64,000 nt of DNA from Octopus vulgaris (GCA_951406725.2 OX597824.1:92504001-92568000), one strand, 5' to 3'. Positions 31,624-45,309 are shown, counted from the stretch's first letter. The notes: generated by a model from the sequence alone, not told the origin. Numbers and translations: made by a program.

Positions 31624-32260
31624 CGTTGGAGGGGGGTGTTTCATCGATATTAATTTTATGATCTATTTGGGAAGGGAAAGGAGATATCTGCGTAGAAACT
31701 GTTCTCTCCAACTGTTTCCTGGTCACACGTATACGTACGTCAGCTCAAGTTTATATTAAACAACGCATATAATGTCGTAAGAAAGTATTCAGTTTCTATC
31801 TACAGATACACGTTTATACTTCTATTAAACCGTTTTATTACTCTGCGTTATATTTGCTATTCCAGTTATGGCTGTTTCTATATCTGGGAACAAATAGGAA
31901 ACTGAATCTGGCAAGCTTCCACATCCATTGGCTTTTGCTTTAGGAAACGTAATCTTTATCAGTTGTCGAAATTCTTTTGAAATTATTTCGCTAAAGAATG
32001 ATTGAATAAAATGCTATAGTGAGACGATTTTACCGGAAATTCATGAACCAAATTCTAGAAATAAATCAAAACCCGATACAAAAGACTTTTCTTATTTTAT
32101 TATTTATTTATATTTCATATATAATGCTGGGAAAACGACAGCGTAGTACATCTTGATTTCTTTTAAAGCGACAAGAAGATGCGTGTGGTTTTGTTAATTG
32201 TTTATCAGGGCAATATAATAACGATCGTACATTTTCCTAGATTATTGAAAGTGTAATTTA

Positions 32261-32450
32261 CCGAGGGGTAACTGAAAAGTTTCGTGTGTTAAAGCTATCG
32301 CAAAAGGCCTTGTTGGAGGCCCAGATTTCCGATTTATTCTTCATAGGGCTTAGAAAAACTGAAGGACCGCTGCAGTAAGTATGTGAATCTGAGATAGGGG
32401 ATATGTTGAATAAAATCCTAATTATCTGATCCTCCTGTTTTCTGTGCCCC
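32261..32450 (+). mobile_element. Mariner-derived MITE, second copy (one end lost)
   Basis: CGAGGGGTAACTGAAAAGTT TIR. Internal remnant GLEKLKDRCSKYVNLR..YVE* resembles a mariner transposase C-terminus. Homologous to 2418-2639. Confidence 0.65.
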
Positions 32451-32649
32451 ATTATATTGATGATATTTTACCTGTACATTTAAGGTGGTTTAGAGTCAGA
32501 TTCTGGCTGCTATTTTCAACATGGCGGTATCTCGTAGATACCCTAAATTATAACTTTAATAATAATTATTAACTGTGAAAGTCTTTATTTCCATGCTGGC
32601 TACTTGATAGGATCGTTATTTAATTTAAATTAACGATCTTATCCTTATA

Positions 32650-32706
<57 letters not shown>

Positions 32707-33010
32707 TGTTTTGAAGAGGTCAGATGAAAAAATCAATCCAATTACACATTTTTTTTGGTTCTTGGTGGGGGAGGGGAATCCGGTTCTTATTGTATCGATA
32801 GTTTTGTAGAATCGCTAAATTATCGGGTAGATATACAAACAAACTGTAGTTGTTAAAGAGTTGCGGGGAGACAAACACACACACACACACATACACGCAC
32901 CCAAACATATATACATATCTATAGCTATATCCAGCTACATCTATATTTATCAATCTATCTATCTCTCCGTCTCTCTATCTATCTATCTATCTATCTGTAT
33001 GTATATATAT

Positions 33011-33599
33011 AAAATTGTCAAGAAGGCCGAGGGTGTCTTGGCATCACTCAGCAAGACTTTTGTTAGCCGCTCTCCAGCCATCTATTTAAAACTGTATACA
33101 GCTATGGTACGACCACACTTGGAATTTGCATCATCAGTTTGGAATCCCTATCTTGCTCAGAACATTGACCTCCTGGAATCTGTCCAGAGACGTGCAACCA
33201 AACGCATACCCTCCATCAGACACCTACCATATTCTGAGCGCCTTGTTTCCCTGGGCATGGATTCACTGAAGCTCCGGCGTCTGGCGACGGACTTGGTAAA
33301 CACACACAAGGTTATCAACCACCTCACCAACAACAACACTGAACACCTTTTTGATCTCCATGTGTCTAACACACGTGGACATGCCTACAAAGTCAGAAAA
33401 CAACACAGCTCCCATGACTTTCGGAAACATTTTTTCACGCTCAGAGTTGCTGAAGCATGGAATAAACTGCCTGCGTCAGTTGTTGACTGCCATGACACTG
33501 CATCCTTTAAGGCCCTCATGCTTTCCGAAATCCGCCGAAACTACACCTGATTATATATACACTTTAGATGAGTTGTAGTGCACCTGAGCACTGTACACA

Positions 33600-33632
<33 letters not shown>
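33011..33632 (+). mobile_element. 5'-truncated young CR1-clade LINE (uninterrupted RT C-terminal ORF to 33550, 3'UTR, (TTA)n tail)
   Basis: LYTAMVRPHLEFASSVWNPY..LESVQRRATK..YSERL..L..RRL..DL..TRGH.YK..RKHFFTLRV..WNKLP. No stops in ~180 codons. Confidence 0.95.
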
Positions 33633-33634
<2 letters not shown>

Positions 33635-34694
33635 TACAGACAGTAGACGCAGAGAGAGATACTGAGAGACATACATATAAATAGATAGATAGATAGATGG
33701 ATAGATAGATAGATTGACAGATAGATAGATAGATAGATAGATAAATAGAGGATATAAATACATGCGACGAGCTTTAGTTAATTTTCGTCGACCATTCTAC
33801 TCACAAGGGTTGGGTTGTCCCTGAGTTTTAGTAGAAACACAAGATTGTTACCACAGCACCAGCCACGACTGCTCCTCTGTATGTACAAGCATACGTATAT
33901 AAAATCTAAAGAAGTGTAAATAGCTATACAAAGTGAAATGTTTCGCAGCTGTTATATATATTGTGTTTACATTGTTTGAGCCACATTTACATTACTTAAC
34001 ATTTCACAGAGGTGAGAAAAATTCATCTTTCTGTGCGATCTCAAAATGTATGTGATTGATCAAGATCATTTGGCGGATAAACAGAGTCGGAGAGACATCT
34101 GTGGTGATTATTGGATAATGACAGCAGTGAACACCTGCGCCCGGCTTCGAGGAATTGCTTTCTTTTATATTTTTTTTATATCGTAGCTTTTACTGAGCTA
34201 CTGGCCTGAGGCATGCGTAAATTTCATTTGCGCTTCTGGTCTAGCAATTTTATCAGGTTTTCAGTGACGTCCACAGACCGAGCGATGCAATCTATAGAAC
34301 ACCAAAATCAGCGTTTTCTCGAGCGACAAATGAAATTATTTGCGACGATGGACTGAAAAAGTTTCTGGTTGGTGACGTGGACAGATGTTTGCGGAAATTT
34401 TAGTTGAGATTTTAACGAACAAATCCCAAATTACCTGGATTTGTAGTACACCAAGAGTTAGATATTGTCGCTGCCATATAGCAGTACATTCAGCTAGGTC
34501 TATTTAGTAAGTATTTAGAGTGCTGTGTAGACAAGAGAGCGCAAAGAAGGATTGCTAGATCAGGTTATCAGATAATGATAAAATCGGTTTGGTTAGGTCC
34601 TCCTCATCCTCCCTCGACTAACCCTACAGATTTTTGCGTTCCAATAAATAATAAATAAAGGGAAAATATGTGGCTGATTGGCTGCTGCTGTCTC

Positions 34695-35006
34695 AGTGTC
34701 TGTATGTGTGTGCGTACAACTGTGCGAGGCTGTGTTTGCGTGTGCTTCTGTGTGTGGTTGTGTGTGCGCGTAACATTATAAGATTCTGTGCGTATATGTG
34801 TGTACGCGCGCGTTCAAGGGTATGAAACTGTGCTTGAGTGTGTATGCGCAACTGTATGAGACTGTGTGTGGTTGTGTGAGCGCATAACTTTATAAGACCC
34901 TGTGTGTGTATGTGTGTGTGTATGTGTGTGTGTATGAGTGTGTGTATGCGTGCGCGTTATACTGTACGAGACTTTCCATGTGTGTGGATGCGCCTAACTT
35001 TACAAG

Positions 35007-35050
<44 letters not shown>

Positions 35051-35760
35051 TGTGTGTGTGTCTATTTGCGCGTGCAACTGTATGAAACGTTGCTTGGTTG
35101 TGTACGCGCAAATGTATGAGACTGTGTGTCTGTGTTTATGTGTGTGAGGTTGTGTGTATGCGTGCGCGTTGTACTTTACGAGACTTTGTGGGTTTGTGTG
35201 TATGGATACGCATAACAGTATGAGGTTCTGTGTGGGCGCGCGCGCGTATCTGTACGAGAATATGTTTGTGTGTGCGCGCGTAACTAGTTGACTCTGTGGG
35301 TATGTGTGATCATGTGGCGTGCACGCGTATCTGTATGAGTGTGTGTATGCTTTTGTGTGTGCGTGTATCTGTATGAGACAGTGCGTGCGTGCATGTGTAC
35401 GCGCCTACCTATGAGACTATGTGCGTTTGTGTGTGTGCGCATAACTGCATGAGACTCTGTGTGTGTGTGTGTGCGTGTGTGTGTTTGTGTGTATCCATGT
35501 GTGCGCGCGTACGTAACTGTATGACACTGCGTGTTTGTGTGTGTGTGTGTGCGTGTGTGTGTGCGTGTGTCCATGTGTGCGCGCGTACGTAACTGTATGA
35601 GACTACGTGTTTTTGTGTGTGTGTGTTTAACAGTAGGAGACTGTGCGTGCGTGCGTGTGTACGCGCCTACCTGTATGAGACTATGTGCGTTTGTGTGTGC
35701 ATGCGTGCATGCTTGCGTGAGTGTGTGTGTATGTGTATGTTTATGTGTGTGTGAGTGTGA
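34695..35760. repeat. GT-microsatellite-embedded minisatellite with core (GCGT)AACTGTATGAGACT
   Basis: Core recurs >20 times at ~30-60 bp spacing, separated by variable (GT)n/(GC)n. Confidence 0.85.
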
Positions 35761-35944
35761 AGCAGTAACTGAATGCGTATGTTGGTATTTGCATGCTTAA
35801 CATACAATCTGCGAGTAGAAACTCTGCTGATGTCTGTGAGTGGGAGTTGTTATCTGTGAACGTTTCTTTAACAATATAAGACTATAATTGTCTGGTGGTA
35901 TCTGTGCTTAGATCTGTGTGTGAATATAATTGTAACGCTTTCAC

Positions 35945-35966
35945 GTAGTAGTAGTAGTATTAGTAT

Positions 35967-36014
<48 letters not shown>

Positions 36015-36174
36015 CAGTAGTTGTAGTAGTAGTGTTGGTGGTGTTGGTGGTGGTAATAGTAGTAGTGGTGGCGGAAATAGTAGTAGTAGTGTTGGTGGTG
36101 TTGGTGGTAGTGGTGTGTAGTAGTAGTCGTGTTGGTGATGTTGGTGGTGGTGGTGTGTAGTAGTAGTAGTTGTG

Positions 36175-36237
<63 letters not shown>

Positions 36238-36290
36238 TTGGTTGTGTCGGTGGTGGTGGTGGTAGTAGGTAGAAGTATTAATAGTAGTGG
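35945..36290. repeat. (TAG)n/(TGG)n microsatellite
   Basis: Direct reading. Confidence 0.95.
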
Positions 36291-39200
36291 AACTGAACCC
36301 GGATACACTTGGTTGCAAATCGCGTTCTTAATACCACACAGCCATCTCTGTGCGTATTTTATCATTGAAAGGCAATGAACTTTCTAAATCTGTGCAGTCA
36401 GTCACAAAATAACGATTTTACAATATTAAACTGTGCCTTTATGTTAATGAAATTCAATACTAATGACATCATAATAGCATCATAGATAATTTGACGATGG
36501 GGATATTTAAGTCAAATGTTGAATATCGCGTTAGTTTTTATATTATCTTGTCGGGCATCCGGCCCCAATGTTATACACTACTAAAAAAATTATCATACTT
36601 CAACAATTAACCTAGATGTCTTTATCAGTAACGGTAAAGATTATTACGAAATCGTGTGCTGTTTGCTTAATATATATTAACAAAATTATATATAAAAAAA
36701 AGATATCCTGAAACAGTAAATATATTGGAATTTATATGTTGATGCATAATGCATGAAATATATTAAATATAAAATAAATTTGAAATCCATAATTTCTGTC
36801 CAGGCAGTTCATATCACTTCTATGAAGTTCTTTGTATTACTGTGTCCACACACATTCGGCATTCTGAACACCAACTCTTAGTATATCCTTGTCTGTCAAC
36901 AGATTCAAATTCTCTAGCCGTAAAGTCGCAACTAGTGAAAGGGGGAATTAACTGCGTTAGTCTTACTGACCTCAGGACATACGATGGCAATAAACATTGT
37001 CTTTTCTTCGGAGTATATAAATATATAAATAAATTGAGGATAAACAACGAAGAAGCATAGGTGTGTATTTCAATGACTATTTGATCGAGAATTAAAATTC
37101 CTTCCGCTATACTTTGATCAGTTTTCATAGCAAAAATTGATTGGCATATCTGCACTGCAGCTATTAAATTTATAAAATACAGCAGCTTCAGTTGAAAATA
37201 GTCAGTTCGCAGATATTTTTGGTTTCCAGTACTATTTGACAGCCATTATTATCTCCTGTCGTTGAGCATTAAGACAAGACTCAAATCCGTTCATCTTGAT
37301 GTCAAAATACTTTTTCAATTTCTATTTACATACGACCTTTTGTGCCCTTGATTCGCGGATAATTACAGCGTGTTGACGTTTGCCTTCTGCCGGTGCATTG
37401 TACAGATGATCAGAAATTGTATTGATTTTGTGACCTACATCATTCAATTCAGGTTGAGTCAAATTTATTATGTCAATCTTTTAAGCTTCGAACGAAGAAA
37501 GATCGTATAAACTTGGAGATATTCGAAATTTCGATTTCTGTATATAATGTACAATAAATGTAAATTTTATATATAGATGTATTAAGAATAATTCGCGTAG
37601 TTGAATATTTTAGAGAAAAAATAAAAACATTATTTCGGGAATTGGAATAGATTAGAACTATTTAAAATATTTTCTTTCAAGTAGCTTTTATTTTAGGAAA
37701 AAATTATAAAACGACAGAAAATGACATATATTTCCGCTTGCTTGTTTTAAGCCTCATATGTTTAAAAAATCTTACTGTAAGATCATTTTGTCGATTTTAG
37801 GCATTGCGCTCTCCTCAGGACTATATTAGAACATTATTTGTTCTTGTTTTTCTTTTTAAAATGTATGCATTAGTGCGTTCTATTTAGTACTGTTTCACGA
37901 ACATTCCATTACACCAAAGGTGCTCTTTCCTCGACTGTCACGTCACGGATGAGGGACGGTAAGGGGCAAAGTTTTTATCAATGATTAACCACCATCAGCG
38001 GGGAGGTGACGGGATTTTAAATAGCACAGGATATATTTTTAGAATTAGTATTTAGTCTCAGTGTCTAACCTTGCTCCCATTAATTATCGCTTGCCAAAAT
38101 TTCTCTTTAAGTTCTAAGTATTTATAGATTTGCCGAATATTCAGTAAACTTACCAAACTTCAGAAAAGAAATTTTTAAGTAATATCTATGACTGAAGATA
38201 ATTTGGCGTCACCTATCGATAAAATCTACGAAAACTAAAAACAAAAAATGAAAATAGCAAAATATTATTCTTGTGTACAAAAGATGTTTCGTCGAACTCT
38301 GTACCTGATATTTCGACACCATTCCTCGCGTTCTTTCTCAAATATTACTGTACAAGTCAGTGGGATCGTATTTAGAGGTTTGTTCGCATGATTTACATAA
38401 TATTTTCTTCTCTCTGGAGTCCGCTAACAATATATTGTCCAGGTACTGAAACCTGTCTTTTCGAAATGCAGTAAGTCTGCATCATGTGAGGTATTTGTCG
38501 TTTATCTTTTACTCAAGAGAGAGGGTAGTGACCATGAAGCATTGTAGGTCTTCGAAGTAAGGAGGGAGAATGATATTCTCATACTGGAAAACACAATCGA
38601 ATTTTTTGTAGCAGTGTGGAATACTCAAGACGAAATGTGTCAAGTGCTAAGTTTCCCTTTTATATAGACCATGGAAGGATTTTAAATTAGAACGGGAGGA
38701 CATGTGGCTGAAAAAATTAACTCAAGGCATTCAATCTGAAGTCCTAAGAGTTTCAACGATCCAGGGTTTTGGATCATTATTTGTTACTGACTCGTAAAGA
38801 ATGGAAACTAAAATAGTCATTGTGTGTAATTTGAACACAGAACGCGAGGAAACCGAACAAATTCCATGCGAAATTCTTCCTGGCTCTGTAACGATTTTAC
38901 TGATTCGCCGTCTTATTCGGTCAGCAGTGAACGTAATGTTCTGGAAAGCGAGGGGAACAAAGTGTCCCATCTTATTGAGAATATTATCGGTAACAAAGAC
39001 AGGACAGTAGGAATTCAACTACTCCAAATCTCTTAACACATTCCTCCATTGGAATATTTACCCGCCTCTCTCTGTTAAGAAAATGGCGCTTTATAAGTTC
39101 TTTAATATCATCACATTACGCTGTTTGTGCTAATGTGTTGTGTTACACTGCGCTCGTTAGCTATTCATCGCTTTCGAGCGTGATGGTCACTTGTTTCAAA

Positions 39201-39754
39201 TTATACGCCGCACTTTCGGCCATACAAAGAATGTTGACCATTTCCAAATCATATTCACTGACTTATCTTGAAAACTAAATGTAAGGCACTCACACCTCTT
39301 TATAGGATTTCACAGCAAATTATTTACTAATCTATAAATCTAATATAACATTGGAAAACGATAAAGGTACATTTTCAGCTGAATCTATTTGTATCCTAAA
39401 TTATCAAATTAGCCACGGCGAACTGCATCAAGAACCTTCACGTTTAACCCCACTTAAAAACAAGACCCAGGATTGGTTATAAACAATCTTTATCACGTAT
39501 GTTTGTTTATTATTATAGATAATTATAGATTGCTTCCACACTTCTGTGAGAGAATAAAGCTTCGAATCAATGTTCAGTTCCTGCTGTAAGTCAAAGCTGC
39601 AATAGCAATCAATAGCTTAAAACCACCTATGATGACGTATATTAAAGATGAAGTAGACACATATTCTGCTTACGTTCAATATGGACGATTTCCAGCGTTG
39701 CCATCGAAGTCATAGGCGTAGGAATGGCTGTGTGGTAAGCGGTTGACGATCAAC

Positions 39755-40101
39755 TGCCAGCATGCCTCGACACTGTGTCGGTGGGAAGTGTGCCACTGAC
39801 AGAGGGAGCAGAGGCCCATCTCAGAAGGAGGGAAGATGAATTTGTCGTATTCTTTCTGAAGGAAGGTTCGATAGAAAGCTTCCTAAGGAAGCGAGGCTTG
39901 ACAGAGGAGCTCTTAGCCTGGACCGAAGGCAGGAGTTGGCCGTTGCAAGTGACTGCGAAGGTCATATTGGAGGTCGACATGGCCATGGCGGTGGGCTCCT
40001 TTATGAAGGGCTTGTTCAGAATCGAGTTTTGGGACCCCTACTGGGATCGGGAGCAGTACCTATGGGCAGCCCACAGCCTGGTCGGGGGCGAAAAAGAATA
40101 G
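39755..40101 (+). other. GC-rich open reading frame of unknown origin, probably a retrotransposon ORF fragment
   Basis: About 110 stop-free complex codons with visibly higher GC than flanks. No ATG start or clear splice sites. Directly follows a truncated SINE-B head (39712-39750). Confidence 0.4.
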
Positions 40102-40499
40102 GCTTAGCGCCGTAATATGTAAATACGCATTAATATTCTGTAAGAGGGTTATTACCTCAAGATGTGTCTTTTTAAAGAACACTGTTATGGAGAAGCAAAG
40201 GGTCGACGGGCGCTTTCTGTCTTCTCTCATCCTCATCACCCTGTATTATTATCATTCCTCTCATCAATGTCTTGTCCAGCCCGCAAAGCTAGCGTTGAGT
40301 AATTTTATCTCTCTCGAACCTATGCTGAGAAAATCATTATTCGGTAAAGAAAAAGGATTATCCGTAGAAAATGTTTGACGAAACTTCAGACTGCTTTGCA
40401 GACCTCTATCATTTAGGCCATTATTTGAGGTTGGTGTAGTTACGCGTTTCTTTCTATATTATTATGAATATGATTATAATGATCTTTATTGTGGTTGTT

Positions 40500-40539
40500 A
40501 GCTTTCGTCGTCGCCGTTGTCGCCACCGTCGTCGTCAGT

Positions 40540-40587
<48 letters not shown>

Positions 40588-40588
40588 G

Positions 40589-40623
<35 letters not shown>

Positions 40624-40672
40624 GTCGTCTTCGTCGTCGTCATCATCATCATCATCATCATCGTCATCATCG

Positions 40673-40704
<32 letters not shown>

Positions 40705-40753
40705 GTCGTCGTCGTCTTCGTCGTCATCATCATCATCATCATCATCGTCGTCG

Positions 40754-40787
<34 letters not shown>

Positions 40788-41101
40788 CATAATCTCGGCA
40801 TCATCATCATCATCACCATCATCATCATCATCGCGATCATTCTACGTTTCATCATTGTCTTCCACGTCGTTAGTCTTCATCACCAATACAACCAACACCA
40901 TCACAATCACCACCACCATCACCATCATCATCATCATCATCATAATCACCATCGTCATTGCCGTTGTCGTCATCACATCTTCATCGCCATCATTCATCAT
41001 CAGCTCCGTTTTCCTCACCACTATCATCACCGTCGTCATCATCGTCATCGTCATCACATTATGATGATGATTACCATCTCAATCATCATCATCACCATCG
41101 C

Positions 41102-41159
<58 letters not shown>

Positions 41160-41172
41160 GTTGTCGTCATCG

Positions 41173-41204
<32 letters not shown>

Positions 41205-41211
41205 GTTGTCG

Positions 41212-41261
<50 letters not shown>

Positions 41262-41274
41262 GTTGTCGTCATCG

Positions 41275-41309
<35 letters not shown>

Positions 41310-41322
41310 GTTGTCGTCATCG

Positions 41323-41357
<35 letters not shown>

Positions 41358-41391
41358 GTTGTCGTCATCGTCATCGTCATCATCATCATCG

Positions 41392-41441
<50 letters not shown>

Positions 41442-41460
41442 GTTGTCGTCATCGTCATCG

Positions 41461-41501
<41 letters not shown>

Positions 41502-42115
41502 GTCATCATCATCATCATCATCATCATCATCGTTGTCGTCATCGTCATCATCATCATCAACTCCGTTATCCATGCTCATCATCCTTGTTATCGTCACAAT
41601 ACCTCATCTGCTTCTTCTTCCTCTTCCATTTCCTGAATCATCATTGTCAGCGTTACCATCTTCATCACCCACATCCATCCTTTCCCCCTCTCCTCCTCCT
41701 CCACCTACTCTTCCTCCTCCACCTACTCCTCCTACTCATTATCATCGCCTTCGTCGTCGTCAACACCATCATCATCATCCTCATCTGCATCATCATCTGC
41801 ATCATCCACTCTCTCTCTCCTCCTCCTCCTCCTCATTATCACCATCGTCATCACCTACATCATTGTCTGTATCATCCACATCCCCTTCTTCTACCTCATC
41901 ATCACCACCACCATCATCACCATCATCATCATCATCATCATCATCGTCGTCACCTACATCATCGTCTGCATCATCCACATCCTCATCCCCTTCCTCCTCA
42001 TCTTCCTCATCACCATCATCACCATCATCACCATGATCATCATCATCGTCATCATCGTCGTCGTCATCATCATCTACAGCAACATCATTATCTTCCCTCA
42101 TCAGCGCCATCTTCG
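40500..42115. repeat. Very long (CAT)n/(CGT)n compound microsatellite
   Basis: Includes a higher-order unit CGTTGTCGT(CAT)n repeated ~7 times in 41160-41560. Confidence 0.95.
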
Positions 42116-42445
42116 TGATTTTATTTTATTACCAAACATGGAAGACGGAATTATTATCGCATTTATCTTCATTTCCATTGTCTTTGAAAAATCAGACCTT
42201 TGCTATTAATTTGTCATCGATTCTGGATGGGCAATGTTGTTGTGCTCCTCCTCTCTCTAATCGAACGAGTTCTTCGATTGGCATATAGGTTCTTAACTTA
42301 CAAAGCAATCGGCCATAACATGGCGAAATTTCTTTTATGATTTGAGAGAGGAATGTGATAATTTTACAGCCAAATACAAGCATCCAGAATATTCTTGCAT
42401 GTACACTTTAATGTATGTTATACAGGTCATTGTGCTTGCTGTTGC

Positions 42446-42459
42446 TATTATTATTATTA

Positions 42460-42526
<67 letters not shown>

Positions 42527-42540
42527 CATCATCATCATCA

Positions 42541-42592
<52 letters not shown>

Positions 42593-42688
42593 CATTATAA
42601 ATGATAATAATGATAATAACAGTATTAGTTATACTGGCGGCAGAAGTTCTAGAAATTGTGGAATGATATCCATGGACCTCAGTTATGC

Positions 42689-42756
<68 letters not shown>

Positions 42757-42759
42757 CAT

Positions 42760-42791
<32 letters not shown>

Positions 42792-42850
42792 ATACTACTA
42801 TTATTATTATTATTATTATTATTAGTAGTAGTAGTAGTAGTATTGCTACC
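42446..42850. repeat. (TTA)n/(CTA)n microsatellites
   Basis: Direct reading. Confidence 0.95.
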
Positions 42851-43710
42851 ATCATCAATGTCATGTCCATTACGAATATCATTATTATTATTAAAATAGA
42901 TGAAGAATCGAGGTACATCATTTGCGATAGATCATTTGAATCATTGCACGTTACATTGATCTAAATTATAGAGAGAATCCGCAGATACCGTTTGAAATGG
43001 CAAAATGGCGGATAGTCATTTAGCGATAGATTGGTTTATAATTTCAGTGGAAATGAAACAAGGTTTAATGACGTAAAGGTTTAAGAGACTCCTTTATTAA
43101 TGAAGTAACTTTATAAACATTGTCTTGTCTTAATGAGAGGAAAAGCGAAAGAGAAATTAGAGTGACAAAGAGAAAGCGCGAAAGTGATGAAGCGCGGGGG
43201 GGGAGGTAAATTGAGGAGTTGGAAGGAAATACAACTGGCGTAAATCAAGCGAGTTAAAGGTAGAAGGCTATTACGAATGCCGTAATAGCATAATAACGAA
43301 AGTGAAAGTGAAAGAATGAGCGAAACAGTGAATGTGACAAGTTATCTATAAGAATAATATGGCGGTTATATCAGTTGTGCGGGTGATGGCGGTTTATAGA
43401 CGTAGTGGTATATGATGAGAAGGAAGAGAGAAGAAATAAGACTGGAGTGAAAAACGAAACGTGAAGATGGAAGCGGCAAACGTGAAAGTAAATAATCTGT
43501 GTGTTAGTGTCAATGTGTGACTGTGTATGTGTACATGTGTGTGTGTGTGGATGGCAGAGATTAATGAGTTTGGTGGAGTCAGCCTCTTTCTACTCTGATT
43601 ATCTATTTCTCTATCCAACAAAATGTCAGCCTATGCAACTTAACTTTGTGTATGTTTGTATGTGTGTGCGCGTGTGTGTGTGTTTGTGTATGTATATATA
43701 TATATAAATA

Positions 43711-43794
43711 CACACACACTTACGGGAGTAGGCGCATAAATGCAATACGAGGGGGAAAAATTATAGTACTCGAAGAACGAAGGTACACTATATA

Positions 43795-43862
<68 letters not shown>

Positions 43863-43953
43863 CATATACATATCTCTCTATATACATACATATTCGAGTA
43901 CTATAATGTTCCCCCTTATATTGCATTTATGCGCCTACTCCCGTATGTGTGTG
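43711..43953. repeat. Inverted repeat (~60-bp arms) around (TA)n
   Basis: TACGGGAGTAGGCGCATAAATGCAATA..TATAGTACTCGAA vs TTCGAGTACTATA..TATTGCATTTATGCGCCTACTCCCGTA. Diverged third copy ~44315-44378. Confidence 0.85.
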
Positions 43954-44039
43954 TATTTATATATATATATACATGCATATATATATATATGTATATATGA
44001 ATATATATGTATGTATACATACATACATATATAGATATA

Positions 44040-44110
<71 letters not shown>

Positions 44111-44114
<4 letters not shown>

Positions 44115-44300
44115 AGTGTTAACGAAAAAAAACAAAGGACGAAGACAGGTGGTGTACAAAACAAACAGATGTATTAGTATAACGCTCAGGAATAGACAAA
44201 GTCTTTTACGTTTCGAGCCTACGCTCTTCTACAGAAAGGGACACAAAAAAACAACGAGGAGAGGAACAAGGAGTGGAAAAATATGTGTAGTGGCTATCCA
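44111..44300 (-). mobile_element. ~190-bp HHR-like repeat related to family H1
   Basis: Minus 44238-44203: CTTT-CTGTAGA-A-GAGC(GTAG)GCTC-GAAA-CG-TA^AAAG. Downstream TTCCTGAGCGT..TAATAC shared with H1. 3' end abuts (TA)n. Confidence 0.7.
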
Positions 44301-44530
44301 TCTATCTAAATGCACACATACACGCGAATAAGCACATAAAGGCAAAACAAGTTCGAAACTCGTAGTACTCAAATATGTATGTATGTATATGCAGTCTTGA
44401 TGGCAGTTGAAATCTACTTGAGGCACATGCAAACACGCAAGAGAGCTTTTCAGTCTAAATTTTGTCATGGAGGAAATTTCTCACTGTACACAGATAGGTG
44501 CAAGCACACCATGGCAGTTCTAATGCTTAC

Positions 44531-44591
44531 CTTTTCAGACTGTTGGGTGCTGGCATTTCGGATTGATTGTCTCCTCCTCAGTATGAGACAC
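44531..44591 (-). other. Possible 61-bp spliced exon
   Basis: ctttcag|GTG...AAG|gtaagc. One frame open (CLILRRRQSIRNASTQQSEK). Weak polypyrimidine tract. Confidence 0.25.
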
Positions 44592-45309
44592 CTGAAAGGT
44601 ATATGCTACTAACTCATAAGAGTGACAAGAAACACTTATTATATTTCTGGCATCGCTGTCTGACCCATCGACACTTAATAAGGTTACGGAAATAATTCGG
44701 ATTATGAGCTGATCAATGTTGAGTAGAAAAGAATTTCTCTATACGTACATACTATACATACATAAAAACATACTTACACACATGCATACATTACGTACAT
44801 ATATACGTACATGCAGGCATACTTATAAATATATACAAAAATACACACTCGCATGAGCACTAACATTCAAGCGTCAGTGTAAACGTATGTATTTATATAA
44901 TGATATAGATGTGTATTTGGATGTGCAGGTGAAAGTGTATATTTGCGTGTATAAACACATATGTCTTGTGTGTAGGACAGCTATACACCTTCTTGTTTTT
45001 GTTTGTTTTTTTCTTGTTTGTTGTTTTTATAAAGTATAGTTTTGCACAAACATTTAAGAACAACGTAAATCATAATGAAAAATAACAGAACAAAAATGTA
45101 AATATAAATATAAGGAGAGGAGAAACAAAAGAGAATTCTAGAAAAACATGAATAAGTTGAACAGCGCAAATTAAAATATAACATATCATCAAATATGCAG
45201 CGAGGGGGCCTGGATGAGCAGATGAAAGGAAGACTGACATGCAATCGTACGACTAATTGCAATTAGAAGCTGCTGCAAGAGAGACCAATCTCTAGTTAGA
45301 CTGCGATGC

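Noticed and set aside
32861-33010. N-terminal part of the 229-aa ORF
   Set aside because: Microsatellite read-through upstream of the truncated LINE; not part of RT.
34695-35760. CRISPR-like repeat-spacer appearance
   Set aside because: Spacers are GT dinucleotide runs, repeats are degenerate, the context is eukaryotic and there are no cas genes.
38520-39020. Purine-rich, coding-looking stretch (also 51190-51750 and 36820-37155)
   Set aside because: No recognisable motif, multiple stops and no clear splice sites; possibly very old TE debris.
40440-42118. Long His/Ile/Ser/Met/Asp-rich ORFs (up to 390 aa), likewise at 4524-7445
   Set aside because: They are translations of (CAT)n microsatellites, open in several frames on both strands; no coding evidence.
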